Under the pieces are notes generated by a model. That model did not search any database and was not told the origin of the DNA. It saw only the letters and a list, made by a program, of their open reading frames with translations. This document shows, piece after piece, positions 1 through 11,137 of a DNA stretch of 64,000 nt (position 1 is the stretch's first letter; each line of letters opens with the position of its first letter). This DNA is from Malacoraja senta (Eukaryota): the NCBI GenBank assembly GCA_038087875.1, contig CM075989.1, positions 5,580,001 through 5,644,000 of the forward strand, read 5' to 3'. The position numbers and the translations under genes are program-made.

Positions 1-473
1 TCAATCTGGTTTGGGAACAGCTCTGCCCAGGACAGGAAGGCTCTGCAGAGAGTGGTGCGTTCGGCCGAACGCACTATGGGAACAACACTCACCCCCCTGC
101 AGGACCTATACACCAGGAGGTGCAGATCCAGAGCCAGCAACATTATGGGGGACCCCTACCACCCCAGCAACGGACTGGTCCAGCTGCTACTGTCAGGCAA
201 ATGCCTCCGCTGTCACGTTGTGAAAACAGAGAGGATGAGACGGAGTTTCTTCCCACAGGCCGTCAGGATTGTAAAACTCTTATCTCACGAGGGACTAATT
301 TACTAATTTCCTGTTGTGTTGTGTCTTTCTTTCTTTATTTTTTCTAAAATGTAAATACTGGTTTTGTTCTCTTCGGTTCTGTAGTTTTTGCACAATTCGC
401 AGACATTGCCACTTTCATTTCACTGCACATCTTGTATGTGTATGTGACAAATAAAGTTGACTTGACTTGACTT
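1..473 (+). mobile_element. Rex1/Babar-type LINE, 3' fragment running off the window start
   Basis: Translation IWFGNSSAQDRKALQRVVRSAER...DPYHPSNGL...SFFPQAVR is typical of the Rex1/Babar ORF C-terminus; 3' UTR ends in AATAAA plus a (GACTT)n tail at ~450-473. Confidence 0.8.
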
Positions 474-783
474 CAGGGAATGAACGTCACTGGAAACAGC
501 CAGTGCTGAGATAAAACCTGTCGATGGGCTTTTGTACACAATCTGCACGATGCACCGTGAATTCTAGCCAGAAATACACTCAGCACTGAGGTAGATGTTC
601 TTTTGGATGATAGGCGGGGTCAAAGGTTTTGGGGGAAAATGCATAAAAGTGAGACTGAAGTGAATGACCAGGTCACCATTATCCTAATGAATGCAGGAGG
701 AAGTTCAAGGGGTTTATTCTTAAGCTATTAAATTCAAACGGAAATAAAAATATGAAATAATTCATGTCTGGTTTGAAGCTTTA

Positions 784-1355
784 TGGGCCTGTCCCACTTA
801 GGCGATTTTTTCGGCGACTGTCATAGTCGTAGCAGGTCGCCGAAGAACCGGCGACTGGAACCCCCCCGATGACAATGTCTACAACAACCTACCACCTAGT
901 CGACGTCAAGCTAGGGCAAGCTACCGACAACCGGCGACGTATTAGGACGTCCACCTACGACCACTACTACGACAACCTACGACAACCGAAGTTAACTTAT
1001 GTCCACCCGCGACAAGCTACGACCCTGTCGGCGACAACAGCAGACAACTGAAGACAATTCAGTCGCTGGTACCTTACACCGGGTGACGTAGGTTGCCGTA
1101 GGTAGTCGCCAATGGAATTCACAGAAGCCAGCACCGGCAGCAACCTACATCATCCTGGCGACAACCTACGACAAGCCATCTGTCGCCGAAAAGTTTTGAA
1201 CATTTCAAAATCCAGCGACGACCAGAAAAACGCTACGACTCTTTGGGCGACCGAGGAGACTACTCACGACCATACAGGCGACACCCCGGAGACCGTGTGG
1301 CGACAGCCTAGTTGCCTGTAGTAGCCTAAAAAATCGCCAAAGTGGGACAGGGGCA
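784..1355. mobile_element. MITE, PIF/Harbinger-like (interior type A)
   Basis: Imperfect TIRs TGGGCCTGTCCCACTTAGGCGATTTTT / AAAAATCGCCAAAGTGGGACAGGGGCA; flanks TTA (781-783) and TAA (1356-1358); non-coding interior rich in ACGAC. Confidence 0.8.
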
Positions 1356-1366
1356 TAAGAAACAGA

Positions 1367-1670
1367 GCGGCAAAGTGGAGCAACGGTAGAGATGCTGCTT
1401 TACATCCCCAGAGACCCTGGTTTGATCCTGACTATGCTGTTGTCCGTATGGAGTTTGTACGTTCTCACTGTGACCTACGTGGGTTTTCTCACAGTACTCC
1501 GGTTTCCTCCCACACTCCAAAGACGTACAGGTTTGTAGGTTATTTGGCATCTATAAATTGTAAATTATCCCTAATGTGTAGGATGGTGCTAATGTACGAG
1601 GTGATCACTGGTTGGCACGGACTCGGAGGGCCGAAGGGCCTGTTTCCACGTTGTATCTCTGAAGTCTAAA
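1367..1670 (+). mobile_element. tRNA-derived V-SINE (HE1-like)
   Basis: Decayed A/B-box head, V-domain (GGAGTTTGTACGTTCTC...GGTTTCCTCCCACACTCCAAAGAC) and CR1-like tail GGGCCGAAGGGCCTGTTTCC. Confidence 0.8.
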
Positions 1671-1724
1671 TTTCTGACCTGTCGCACATTTCCTCCACTT
1701 CCCTTAAACTGATCTCCCAATTTC

Positions 1725-1815
1725 TAGAAGGTAGACACAAAATGCTGGAGTAACTCAGCGGGACAGGCAGCAACTCTGGAGAGAAGGAATGGGTGACGTT
1801 TCGGGTCGAGACCCT
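1725..1815 (-). mobile_element. Short Penelope-type terminal-repeat element
   Basis: Matches the recurring arm ACACAAAATGCTGGAGTAACTCAGCGGG...GGTGACGTTTCGGGTCGAGACCC; 10-bp direct repeat TCCCAATTTC at 1715-1724 and 1816-1825. Confidence 0.7.
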
Positions 1816-1829
1816 TCCCAATTTCAAGT

Positions 1830-2122
1830 GTCGTACAGCATGGAAACAGACCCCTTGTCCCAACTTGCCACGCCAACCAACATGTCCCATCTATTGTAGT
1901 CCCACCTATAAGGTCATAAGTGATAGGAGTAGAATTAGGCCATTTGGCCCATCATGTCCATTCAATCATGGCTGATCTATCTCTCCCTCCTAACCCCATT
2001 CTCCAGCTTCCTCCCCATAACCTCTGACACCCATACTAATCTATCTATCTCTGCCTTAAAAATATCCACTGACTTGCTTAAGTTTGGCCCACATCCCTCC
2101 AAACCTGTCCTCTCCATGTACC
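1830..2122 (-). mobile_element. Nested CR1 3'-end fragments
   Basis: Two CR1 3' UTR types, one interrupting the other; similar to the complete CR1 ends elsewhere in the window. Confidence 0.65.
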
Positions 2123-2344
2123 TTGAAGAGCTGTTAGGAACTTCAGTCACTGATCCATTTCACCAACTGCATCGCTCACTTGGTAATTTGCACTCAGCAA
2201 TATTTATAATGAAAGATTAATTCCCGTGACAAGATTATAATTAAAAACACACATCCACTGTTACACATGGGAAACTATGCAGGGAATTTTAACCAACGGG
2301 CATTTGCTATTTTACCTTGCACAATTTAGCAGTACCGCTACAAC

Positions 2345-2360
2345 CCACCAGAGGGTGCTG
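2345..2360 (+). promoter_or_regulatory. Candidate CTCF-binding motif
   Basis: CCACCAGAGGGTGCTG is one change (CG to TG) from the CTCF core CCACCAGRGGGCGC and lies in apparently unique sequence; motif match only. Confidence 0.35.
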
Positions 2361-2539
2361 AGATTAATTGGCGTCCAATGAATAAAAACTTGAACTTTCT
2401 TTTCATGGTTTGTCACAGGTCAAAATACAAATAATACAAATAATCCAAATAATAGCGATGTGTAAACATAGCCGTTATTTTGCCATCTGTGAGAAAACTC
2501 AAAAGGAGCGATTGGGTTAATCTGCTACAAATTGTTTGG

Positions 2540-2775
2540 TGTCGTGATTCGGCTGGAACTCGATGGCCCCGACCACGGGGGAAAATGGAGGAGGACTGAC
2601 TATACTTCGTGCCTTCCACCACAGTGAAGAATGCTGTGGTGGATGTTTGTGTTAAATTTCTATTGTGTATTGTGTGTTCTTTTTTATTGTACCGCTGCTG
2701 GCAAATTCATTTCACTACACTTCATTGTTACTGTGTATGTGATGAATAAATCTTGATTGATCAATTGATTGGTTG
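2540..2775 (+). mobile_element. 3' end of GC-rich non-autonomous retroposon
   Basis: Segment CCTTCCACCACAGTGAAGAATGCTGTGGTGGATGTTTGTG...AATAAA plus (TTGA)n tail, shared with elements at 34115, 42535 and 43905. Confidence 0.6.
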
Positions 2776-2867
2776 ATGCCTGAAAGAATTTCTTCCCAGT
2801 AAGATTCCAAGGGCTGAATTGTGACCAAAACATTTGGAGAATGTCACCTAGCATTTATATGCTCTTT

Positions 2868-3355
2868 AAAAAATAGTCAATTAAAATACACCAATACCAA
2901 CGCTTAAAATGTGGATTTCAAGCATGTTGGACACCGGACATCTTGAGGAAATGCGATTCCTCCTAATAGATAAATCAGACCAATTCTTAACGAGTTGGTC
3001 TCCATTTGTCGTCTTTTTGGAAGCATATGGTGCAACACAATTGTAGAAGCTAACTGTTCCAGGACTGGGTGAGGGATGGGCAAGATTATAAATAATGATC
3101 TCCTGAATTTTTTAAAAACGTTCTACTCTTTTTCTTTCTATCTTCTTTATCTTCACTTTTCTTCTTTCACCCCTTTTTTCTTTTTCACACACTATATATC
3201 TCACGTTTTTCTATCTTTTATTATTTATTCTCTTTTCTTCTTCATTATAATAAAAAAAAATAAGAAGCTGTCCGTAAAATGTATGATGTCAATATATATT
3301 AGGCACTTTGGTGCCATATGATTGTACTCACTTCTAATAAAGTAAAAATATTAAA
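2868..3355 (+). mobile_element. L1-clade LINE 3' fragment
   Basis: Translation PIPTLKMWISSMLDTGHLEEMRFLLIDKSDQFLTSWSPFV is similar to the ORF at 17719; T-rich 3' UTR ending in AATAAA and an A-rich tail. Confidence 0.7.
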
Positions 3356-3616
3356 ACTAGTAAATTGCCCTGGTTGGTTCCAGATCAATCTTCAAACATA
3401 ATTTGACACCAAGCCCCTTGAAGATACATATTGGGACAAAATGGGTACGAAGGAACTGCAGATGCTGGTTTCAATCGAAGAGAGACACAAAATGCTGGAG
3501 TAACTCAGCGGGACAAGCAGCATATGTGGAGAGAAGGAATGGGTGATGTTTTGGGTCGAGACCCCTCTTCAGACCGATGTCAGGGGAGTGGGAGGTACAG
3601 AGATAGAATGTAGTAA

Positions 3617-4137
3617 AGGGGCTGTCCCGCTTGAGCGACCTAACTAGCGAGTTTAGAAGAGTTTGAAAAAATGACATGTTGAAGACCTCCTTCGACTATG
3701 TTGAAGACCAGCTACGACTAGCTACGACTAGCTTCGGGAAAATTGGACGCCGAATAGTGGAGAGTGAAGACGACCTCCTTCGATCTCCTTCGACCTATCT
3801 TCGACTATGATGAAGACTATCTACGACTACCTTCGACTACCTTCGACTACCCTCGATTACCTACGACTAACGTGCCGACCTACTACAACTAAACCTACGA
3901 GTAAAAAAAGTATCGATTTTTTCCATGGCGACCTTTTATTACTCGCGGGCATTTTTTAACATATTGAAAAAAAACGCCGCGACCTAGCTGACGCCTCGAG
4001 TACGCGGAGACCACTCTCGAGCATGAAGGAGAGTTACAAAGACCTCCTACGACCTCGTGTCGACCATGCCGCGAGTATGAGTCGAGGGCAAACTCGCCAG
4101 AACTCGCCGATTAGGTCGCCCAAGTGGGACAGGCCCT
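3617..4137. mobile_element. MITE, PIF/Harbinger-like (interior type B)
   Basis: TIRs AGGGGCTGTCCCGCTTGAGCGACCTAA / TTAGGTCGCCCAAGTGGGACAGGCCCT; flanks TAA (3614-3616) and TTA (4138-4140). Confidence 0.85.
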
Positions 4138-4389
4138 TTAGACTGATAGGGGAACTGGGAAGGGGAGGGGATGGAGAGAGAGGGAAAGCAAGGGCTACTT
4201 GAAGTTAGAGAAGTAAGTCAATGTTCATACTGCTGGGGTGTAAGCTACCCAAGCGAAATATGAGGTGCTGTTCCTCCAATTTATGCTGGGCCTCACTCTG
4301 ATAATGGAGGAGGCCCCGGAGAGAAAGGTCAGTGCGGGAATGAGAGAGGGTGTTAAAGTGCTGGGCAACCGGGAGATCAGGTAGGTTTA

Positions 4390-4716
4390 TGCCCTGTCCC
4401 ACGGTACGAGTTCATTCCAAGAGCTCCCCCGAGTTTTTAAATAATCAAACTCGTGGTAAGCACGGAGAATGAACGTAGCGGGTACGTCGGAGCTCGGGGA
4501 CGTCTCTTAGCGGCTCGTAACGCTAACGGCAGGTACTCGGGAAGACTCGCTAACGGCAGGTAAGCTCGGGAAGACTCGTGAAGATTTGTCAACGTTGAAA
4601 AATGTCCACGAGAGCCCCGAGTACCGACGAGTGGCCATTACCGTAAATCTCTGAGTTCGAATCAGGGCAAAGTCGGGAGAACTCTTGGAACGAACTCGTA
4701 CCGTGGGACAGGGCCA
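4390..4716. mobile_element. MITE, PIF/Harbinger-like (interior type C)
   Basis: Long TIRs TGCCCTGTCCCACGGTACGAGTTC / GAACTCGTACCGTGGGACAGGGCCA; TTA on both sides; removing the element plus one TTA rejoins the host Penelope coding sequence; close copy at 59068. Confidence 0.9.
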
Positions 4717-4905
4717 TTAGGCGGACTGAACGGAGGTGTTCAGCGAAACGATTGCCGAGCCTGCACTTGTTTTCGCCGATATTCAGGGGTCCACATTTGG
4801 GATATGTTGGCCAAAGGTTTGGTCCTGGGGATGGATCTTCAGCGATACAGAGAGATTCAGGGAGGGAACTAGCAACACAATGTATTGTGGATCGGGAACC
4901 TCATA

Positions 4906-4978
4906 GTGTGTAAGAAAGAACTGCAGATGCTGGTTTAAATCGAAAGTAGACACAAAATGCTGGAGTAACTCAGCGGGT
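4906..4978 (-). mobile_element. Truncated Penelope-type terminal-repeat element
   Basis: AAGAACTGCAGATGCTGG...CTCAGCGGGT flanked by 10-bp direct repeat GAACCTCATA (4896-4905, 4979-4988). Confidence 0.7.
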
Positions 4979-5158
4979 GAACCTCATACTGATAGATTGC
5001 TAATTTTCTGTGTAAGAAAATTATGGTTCATTTCCCCTTAAAACTCTTTCCTCTCACTTAATACTTATCTTTTTCATACCCCGACCACGAGATGAAGATT
5101 CGGACCATTAATGACACCTAATTTTATACACCTCTATCCTTCACTATCCTTCACTTTA

Positions 5159-5385
5159 GGGTGGCACGGTGACGCAGCTGCTGCCGTACAGCACCAGAGA
5201 CCCGGGTTCGATCCTGACAACGGGTGCTGTCTATACGGAGTTCGTACGTTCCCCCTGTATGTTCCTAAAATTGTAAATTGTCCCTATTGTGTAGGGTGAT
5301 GCTAGTGTACGGGGTGATTGCGGGTCGGCGGGTCGCTGGGTCGAACAGCGTGTTCCCGCACTGTATCATTAAAGTCTATATTCTA
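5159..5385 (+). mobile_element. V-SINE, internally deleted
   Basis: B-box GGTTCGATCC, partial V-domain, decayed tail. Confidence 0.7.
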
Positions 5386-5464
5386 GTCTAAATACCCTAG
5401 CCATTTCCAGTGGGAACATTTGCTCACTTCCAGAAGGAATGTCAACTTAGAATCATAGAGGTGA

Positions 5465-5757
5465 GTTTAGAGATACAGCATGGAAACAGGCCCTTCGGCC
5501 CACCGAGTCCACACCGAACAGTAATCCCCATACACTAACACTATCCTACACCAGGGACAATTTACAAATATACCAAGCCAATTAACCTACAAACCTATAC
5601 ATCTTTGTAGTGTGGGAGGAAATGGTAGTACACAGAGAAATCAGACACAGTCATGGGGAGAACGTACCAATTCCGTACCGATAACACCAGTAATTAGGAT
5701 TGAACCCGAGTCTCTAGCGTTGCAAGGCGGCAACTCTACCTGCGTGCCATTGTGCCG
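5465..5757 (-). mobile_element. V-SINE
   Basis: Reverse complement of head, V-domain and tail. Confidence 0.75.
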
Positions 5758-6023
5758 TTATAAAGTCACACAACATGGAAACAGGTCCTACATCCCAACT
5801 TGCTCATGCCCACCAAGATGCCCCAACTAAGCTAGTCCCATTCACCCCCTGTTTAGCCCATATCCCTCTATCCTATGTACCATGTACCTGGCCAGATGCC
5901 TTTTAAACGTTGTTCTGGTACCTGCCTCAACTACTTCCTCTGGCGGCTTATTCCATATACCTACCACCTTCTGAGTGAGGACTTGGCATCGAACCTATCA
6001 TTGAATCATAACCACAATGTCAA

Positions 6024-6510
6024 TGTCACAGTGGCGCAGAGGGTCAAGTACCAGAAACCCGGATTCAATCCTGACTATGGGTGCTGTCTGTGCAGAGTTT
6101 ATACTTCCTCCCTGTGACCACGTGGGTTTTCTCCAGGTGCTCCAGTTTCTTCCCAGATTCCAAAGATGTGCAGGTTTGTAAGTTCATTGGCTTCCATGCT
6201 TCCGAAAATTGTCCCAAGTGTGTAGGATAGTGCTAGTGCAGTGGTTCTTAACCTGGGGGTCGTGACCCCCCTATGGGGTCGTTTGGGGCTTTGCCGGAGT
6301 TCACGAAGGGGACACAAATAACATATCAATTTGTTGAGCTCATGTTTAGGAACCTAACAAACATACAGTATTTTGTTCGCGTATGTGCGTACTGGTGCCA
6401 AAAAGGTTAAGAACCACTGTGCTGGTGTATGGGGTGATGTCTGGTTGGCGCAGACTCCGTGGGCCGAAGGGCCTGTTTCCACGCTGTATCTCTAAACTGA
6501 ACTAAACAAA
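6024..6510 (+). mobile_element. V-SINE interrupted by a hAT MITE
   Basis: Head and V-domain at 6024-6238; tail with (CTAAA)n resumes at 6420. Confidence 0.8.
6239..6419. mobile_element. hAT (Charlie-like) MITE
   Basis: Perfect 16-bp TIR CAGTGGTTCTTAACCT / AGGTTAAGAACCACTG; 8-bp TSD TGCTAGTG / TGCTGGTG (one mismatch). Confidence 0.9.
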
Positions 6511-6707
6511 TCTTTGAAATCAAAATCTCTGTCAATATAATGGGCCACTCTCATGTCGTTGCTGAATTTAACTTATAAAGTGTTGGAATAACTCAAAGGT
6601 TTAGGCAGCATCTGTAGTTTGGGTGTCAAGGGTTATGAGGAGAAGGCAGAAGAATGGAGTTGAGAGGGAAAGATAGATCAGCCATGATTGAATGGTGGAG
6701 TAGACTT

Positions 6708-7351
6708 ACATAGATACATAGAAAATAGGTGCAGGAGTAGGCCATTCGGCCCTTCGAGCCTGCACCGCCATTCAATATGATCATGGCTGATCATCCAACT
6801 CAGTATCCCGTACCTGCCTTCTCTCCATACCCCCTGATCCCCTTAGCCACAAGGGCCACATCTAACTCCCTCTTAAATATAGCCAATGAACTGGCCTCAA
6901 CTACCCTCTGTGGCAGAGAGTTCCAGAGATTCACCACTCTCTGTGTGAAAACGTTTTTCCTCATCTCAGTCTTAAAGGATTTCCCCCTTATCCTTAAGCT
7001 GTGTCCCCTTGTCCTGGACTTCCCCAACATCGGGAACAATCTTCCTGCATCTAGCCTGTCCAACCCCATAAGAATTTTGTATGTTTCTATAAGATCCCCT
7101 CTCAATCTCCTAAATTCTAGCGAGTATAAGCCAAGTCTATCCAGTCTTTCTTCATATGAAAGTCCTGACATCCTAGGAATCAGTCTGGTGAACCTTCTCT
7201 GCACTCCCTCTATGGCTATAATGTCCTTCCTCAGATTTGGAGACCAAAACTGTACGCAATACTCCAGTTGTGGTCTCACCAAGACCCTGTACAACTGCAG
7301 TAGAACCTCCCTGCTCCTATACTCAAATCCTCTTGCTATGAAGGCCAACAT
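6708..7351 (-). mobile_element. Young CR1 LINE, 5'-truncated
   Basis: Open 183-aa ORF2 C-terminus (LYRVLVRPQLEYCVQFWSP...RVVNLWNSLP), 3' UTR with 8-nt repeat tail, short TSD GACTT; inserted in an older CR1 tail. Confidence 0.92.
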
Positions 7352-7880
7352 GGACTTGATGAGCCAAATGGCCTAATTCTGCTCCTAGAACTTATGAACA
7401 TGAAGTTATGAGTCGGTGCCGACCAGCGATCTATAATGATCCTTCTTCAGTCTTCTATGGAGGTTGCTCATCCATTCCCTCCACGGATGTTGCCCGACCC
7501 ACTGAGTTACTCCAGCACTTTGTGTTTTGCTCTGGACTCCAACATCTGCAGGTCCCTGTGTCTCCTCTTGCTGAAATGGTGTTGGTGAAATGTTGCTTCC
7601 CAAAAGAGTACAGTCACAATCATTCCAGGAAATAAGAGCACTCAGAAGGGTTAAGCATCAATTACCCTTTTAATACTTTCTGGAGAAAATTCTGAAAATG
7701 AATTATTTGTGATAGTGGGCTGTGGCATGCGTCCAAGACACATGAGTGGCACATTGTTTGGCCGTGCTAATTTCTACGGCTACTCAATGAGGCACACAGC
7801 GGTTCAACGTTAATCTTTCACTTCATGTGTTGCCGTTTATCATTCCAGGAACATGTCGCGTCGTTTTGTTAGAATCCATT

Positions 7881-8158
7881 TTCTTAGGGCCTATTTCTTA
7901 CTCTTTTTCTTTTTGTTTTTAATTTCGCTCTCATAGGGTCCTCGTCCTTTTTTTTTTGTTGTTACATTTTCTACACTTTTCTACACTTGCACTTTTTCCT
8001 TCACTTTCTTCTCTCTTTCAATCTTTTCTTTTCTTTAGTGTAAAAAAAAAATAAAGGGAGTACATTAATTGTAAGAAGATATTAAATGACGAGTATTAAT
8101 GTATGTGGCTGTGATGTAATGTACTTCTAATAAATAAAAATTTAAAAAAAAAAAAAAA
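7881..8158 (+). mobile_element. Poly(A)-tailed retroposon (probable L1 3' UTR)
   Basis: 10-bp TSD AGAATCCATT (7871-7880, 8159-8168), AATAAA plus A-run; 3' end resembles 3290-3355. Confidence 0.75.
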
Positions 8159-8595
8159 AGAATCCATTGAAAGTTATTTTCTACGAAAATGGCAAACCTG
8201 AAATTGATTGTGGCACCACGATCTCCCCAAGGCTCTCGCACAATGGACGTCAGCCCCAGCACAAACTGTTCAGCTTTGCACGGCCCTGTAGAACACGATG
8301 TACTCCTTTCCCATTCACTTCCCAGTAGATCGCCCACTCCCCCCGCAGCTTGGATTGTGACGGAGATGGAGAGGTTTGGATCGATGGATTGTTGATCGAT
8401 TGAAGCTTCCACCTCCAAACAGGCCCATTGGCCCACCGAGTCCGCACCCACCAGCGATCGATCACCCGGTCACACTGGCTCTGTATTACACCACTCTCGC
8501 ACACCAAATAATTCTAAATAAGCTCTGAACTACATAGACTTGGGGCAATGGTTTTGTCTTTTTTCACTATTATTGTTTATCTGTTTTTAAATGTT

Positions 8596-8804
<209 letters not shown>

Positions 8805-8806
8805 AA

Positions 8807-9218
8807 CTAGACGAAGGGGGACCCGTTGGGTCCCGTCCCCTGAACGCGGGGGGGGGGGGGGGTGAGAGAGGGGGAGGGGGGTGAGAGCGGTAGAGGGGAG
8901 ACAGGGGGAAGAGGGGAGGGAGGGAGAGGGGAGAAGGGGAGAGGGGTGGAGGGGGAGGGGGAGGGGGAGAGAGAGGAGGGGGCAGGGGGAGAGAGTGGGG
9001 AGTGGGGAGAGAGGGGAGTGGGGGGGAAGGGGAGGGGAGGTGGAGGGGGGGGAGGGGGGAGAGGGGGGGAGGGGGAGGGGAGGAGAGGGGGAGTGGGGGT
9101 GGGGATGGAGGGGGGAAGGGGGAGGGGAGAGAGGGGGTAAGGGGGGAGAGAGTGGGGTGGGGAGAGGGGGGAGTGGGGGGGGGAGGGAGGGGAAGGGAGA
9201 GGGGGAAGGGGAGAGGGG
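8807..9218 (-). mobile_element. Helitron-like 3' terminus plus G-rich purine tract
   Basis: Minus strand GGGACCC-AAC-GGGTCCC hairpin 11 nt upstream of a CTAG|T end; body 8848-9218 is low-complexity G/A; no canonical 5' TC seen. Confidence 0.5.
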
Positions 9219-9622
9219 CATATATATATATATATGTATATATATATATTTACTGAACCTAATTCTTTCATTTATTATATTTTTACAGTACTAAGTTTAC
9301 ATCTTCTGTGTGCTGCTGTAAGTAACAATTTCACTGATCTATCTATGTTGACATATGACAATAAAACACTCTTGACTCTTGACATGAAGGGCAATTTCAG
9401 AGACCATTTAACCACAGACCCACACATCTTTGCAATGCGGGAGGAAACCGGAGCATCTGAGGAAACCTACATTGTCACGAGGAAAATGTGCGAACTTCAC
9501 ACCGAGAGCACCCGAGGGCAGGATCGAACCTGGCCTGGGTAGAGTGGATGTGGAGAGGATGTTTCTACTCGGTGGCAGAGTCTAGGACCAGAGGTCACGG
9601 CGTCAGAATTAAAAGGACGTTC

Positions 9623-9822
9623 NNNNNNNNNNNNNNNNNNNNNNNNNNNNNNNNNNNNNNNNNNNNNNNNNNNNNNNNNNNNNNNNNNNNNNNNNNNNNN
9701 NNNNNNNNNNNNNNNNNNNNNNNNNNNNNNNNNNNNNNNNNNNNNNNNNNNNNNNNNNNNNNNNNNNNNNNNNNNNNNNNNNNNNNNNNNNNNNNNNNNN
9801 NNNNNNNNNNNNNNNNNNNNNN
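9623..9822. other. Assembly gap (200 N)
   Basis: Run of N. Confidence 1.
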
Positions 9823-9933
9823 ATTGACCTCCCCGCCATCTTGGACTTGGAAGATGGTATAAAAGTTTGAAAACTGTGACCTCCAGGTTCAGGGACAGCT
9901 TCCACCCAACAACATTCAGGCCATTGAACACTA

Positions 9934-10245
9934 GGGCGGCACGATGGCGCAGCGGTAGAGTTGCTGCCTTACAGCACCAGAGACCCGGGTTCGATCCTGA
10001 CCACGGGAGCTGTCTGCTCAGAGTTTGTAGGTTCTCCCCATCACCTGCGAGGGTTTTCTCCGGGATGTCCGGTTCCTTCCCACACTCCAAAGACGTACAG
10101 GTTTGTAGGCTAACTGGCTTTGGTAAAAATTGTAAATTGCCCCGAGTGCGTGTAGTGTGTGTTAGTGTGCGGGGGTCACTGTTTGGCGTGGACTCAGTGG
10201 GCCGAAGGGCCTGTTTTGTGCTGTATCTCTAAACTAAACTAAGTA
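9934..10245 (+). mobile_element. V-SINE, full length
   Basis: A-box TGGCGCAGCGG, B-box GGTTCGATCC, V-domain, tail ending in (CTAAA)n. Confidence 0.9.
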
Positions 10246-10392
10246 AATGAAACTGCGAGTACCAACATCAACTAAGCTATGAACCACAAACTCTCTTGGT
10301 TACAGAAGAGATTTGTATTTGCACTAATATCGGATGTTTGAAAAATATATTGAGTTTTCCCTGTTATGCTGCTGCCATTAAGAATGTCATTG

Positions 10393-11090
10393 GTAGCCAA
10401 AAATGCTGGAGAAACTCAGCGGGTGAGGCAGCATCTATGGAACGAAGGAATAGGTATCGTTTCGGGTCGAGACCCGAAACGTCACCTATTCCTTCGTTCC
10501 ATAGATGCTGCCTCACAATAGACAATAGACAATAGACAATAGGTGCAGGAGTAGGCCATTCGGCCCTTCGAGCCAGCACCGCCATTCAATGTGATCATTG
10601 CTGATCATCCCCAATCAGTACCCCGTTCCTGCCTTCTCCCCATATCCCCTGACTCCGCTATTTTTAAGAGCCCTATCTAGCTCTCTCTTGAAAGCATCCA
10701 GAGAACCTGCCTCCACCGCCCCTCTGAGGCAGAGAATTCCACAGACTCACCACTCTCTGTGAGAAAAAGTGTTTCCTCGTCTCCGTTCTAAATGGCTTAC
10801 TCCTTATTCTTAAACTGCGGCCCCTGGTTCTGGACTCCCCCAACATCGGGAACATGTTTCCTGCCTCTAGCGTGTCCAAACCCTTAACAATCTTATATGT
10901 TTCAATGAGATATCCTCTCATCCTTCTAAACTCCAGAGTGTACAAGCCCAGCTGCTCCATTCTCTCAGCATATGACAGTCCCGCCATCCCGGGATTTAAC
11001 CTTGTAAACCTACGCTGCACTCCATCAATAGCAAGAATGTCCTTCCTCACCCACCTTCGATTTTTCCAGCATCTGCAGTTCTTTCTTAAA
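10393..11090. mobile_element. Fold-back Penelope-type short element with nested CR1
   Basis: 17-bp TSD CATTAAGAATGTCATTG (10376-10392, 11091-11107); inverted arms centred on CGTTTCGGGTCGAGACCCGAAACG. Confidence 0.8.
10517..11049 (-). mobile_element. CR1 LINE 3' fragment (subfamily with 7-nt CAATAGA tail)
   Basis: ORF KDILAIDGVQRRFTRL...RVVSLWNSLPQR; close to the copy at 41353. Confidence 0.9.
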
Positions 11091-11137
11091 CATTAAGAAT
11101 GTCATTGTTCCGTTTTCAGTCCATACGGCAATTAAAC

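Larger units (their letters stand above)
3446..4797 (-). mobile_element. Penelope-like element, 3' part (GIY-YIG endonuclease remnant plus terminal repeat), interrupted by two MITEs
   Basis: Minus strand reads NIGENKCRLGNRFAEHLRSVRL (4720-4790), then LPDLPVAQHFN...EEQHLIFRLGSLHPSSMNID (4205-4386), the PLE GIY-YIG C-terminus; terminal repeat with a decayed hammerhead motif at 3446-3575. Confidence 0.8.

Noticed and set aside
9934..10010. tRNA gene calls at SINE heads
   Set aside because: A/B boxes run into the V-domain and LINE tail; no complete cloverleaf or terminator.
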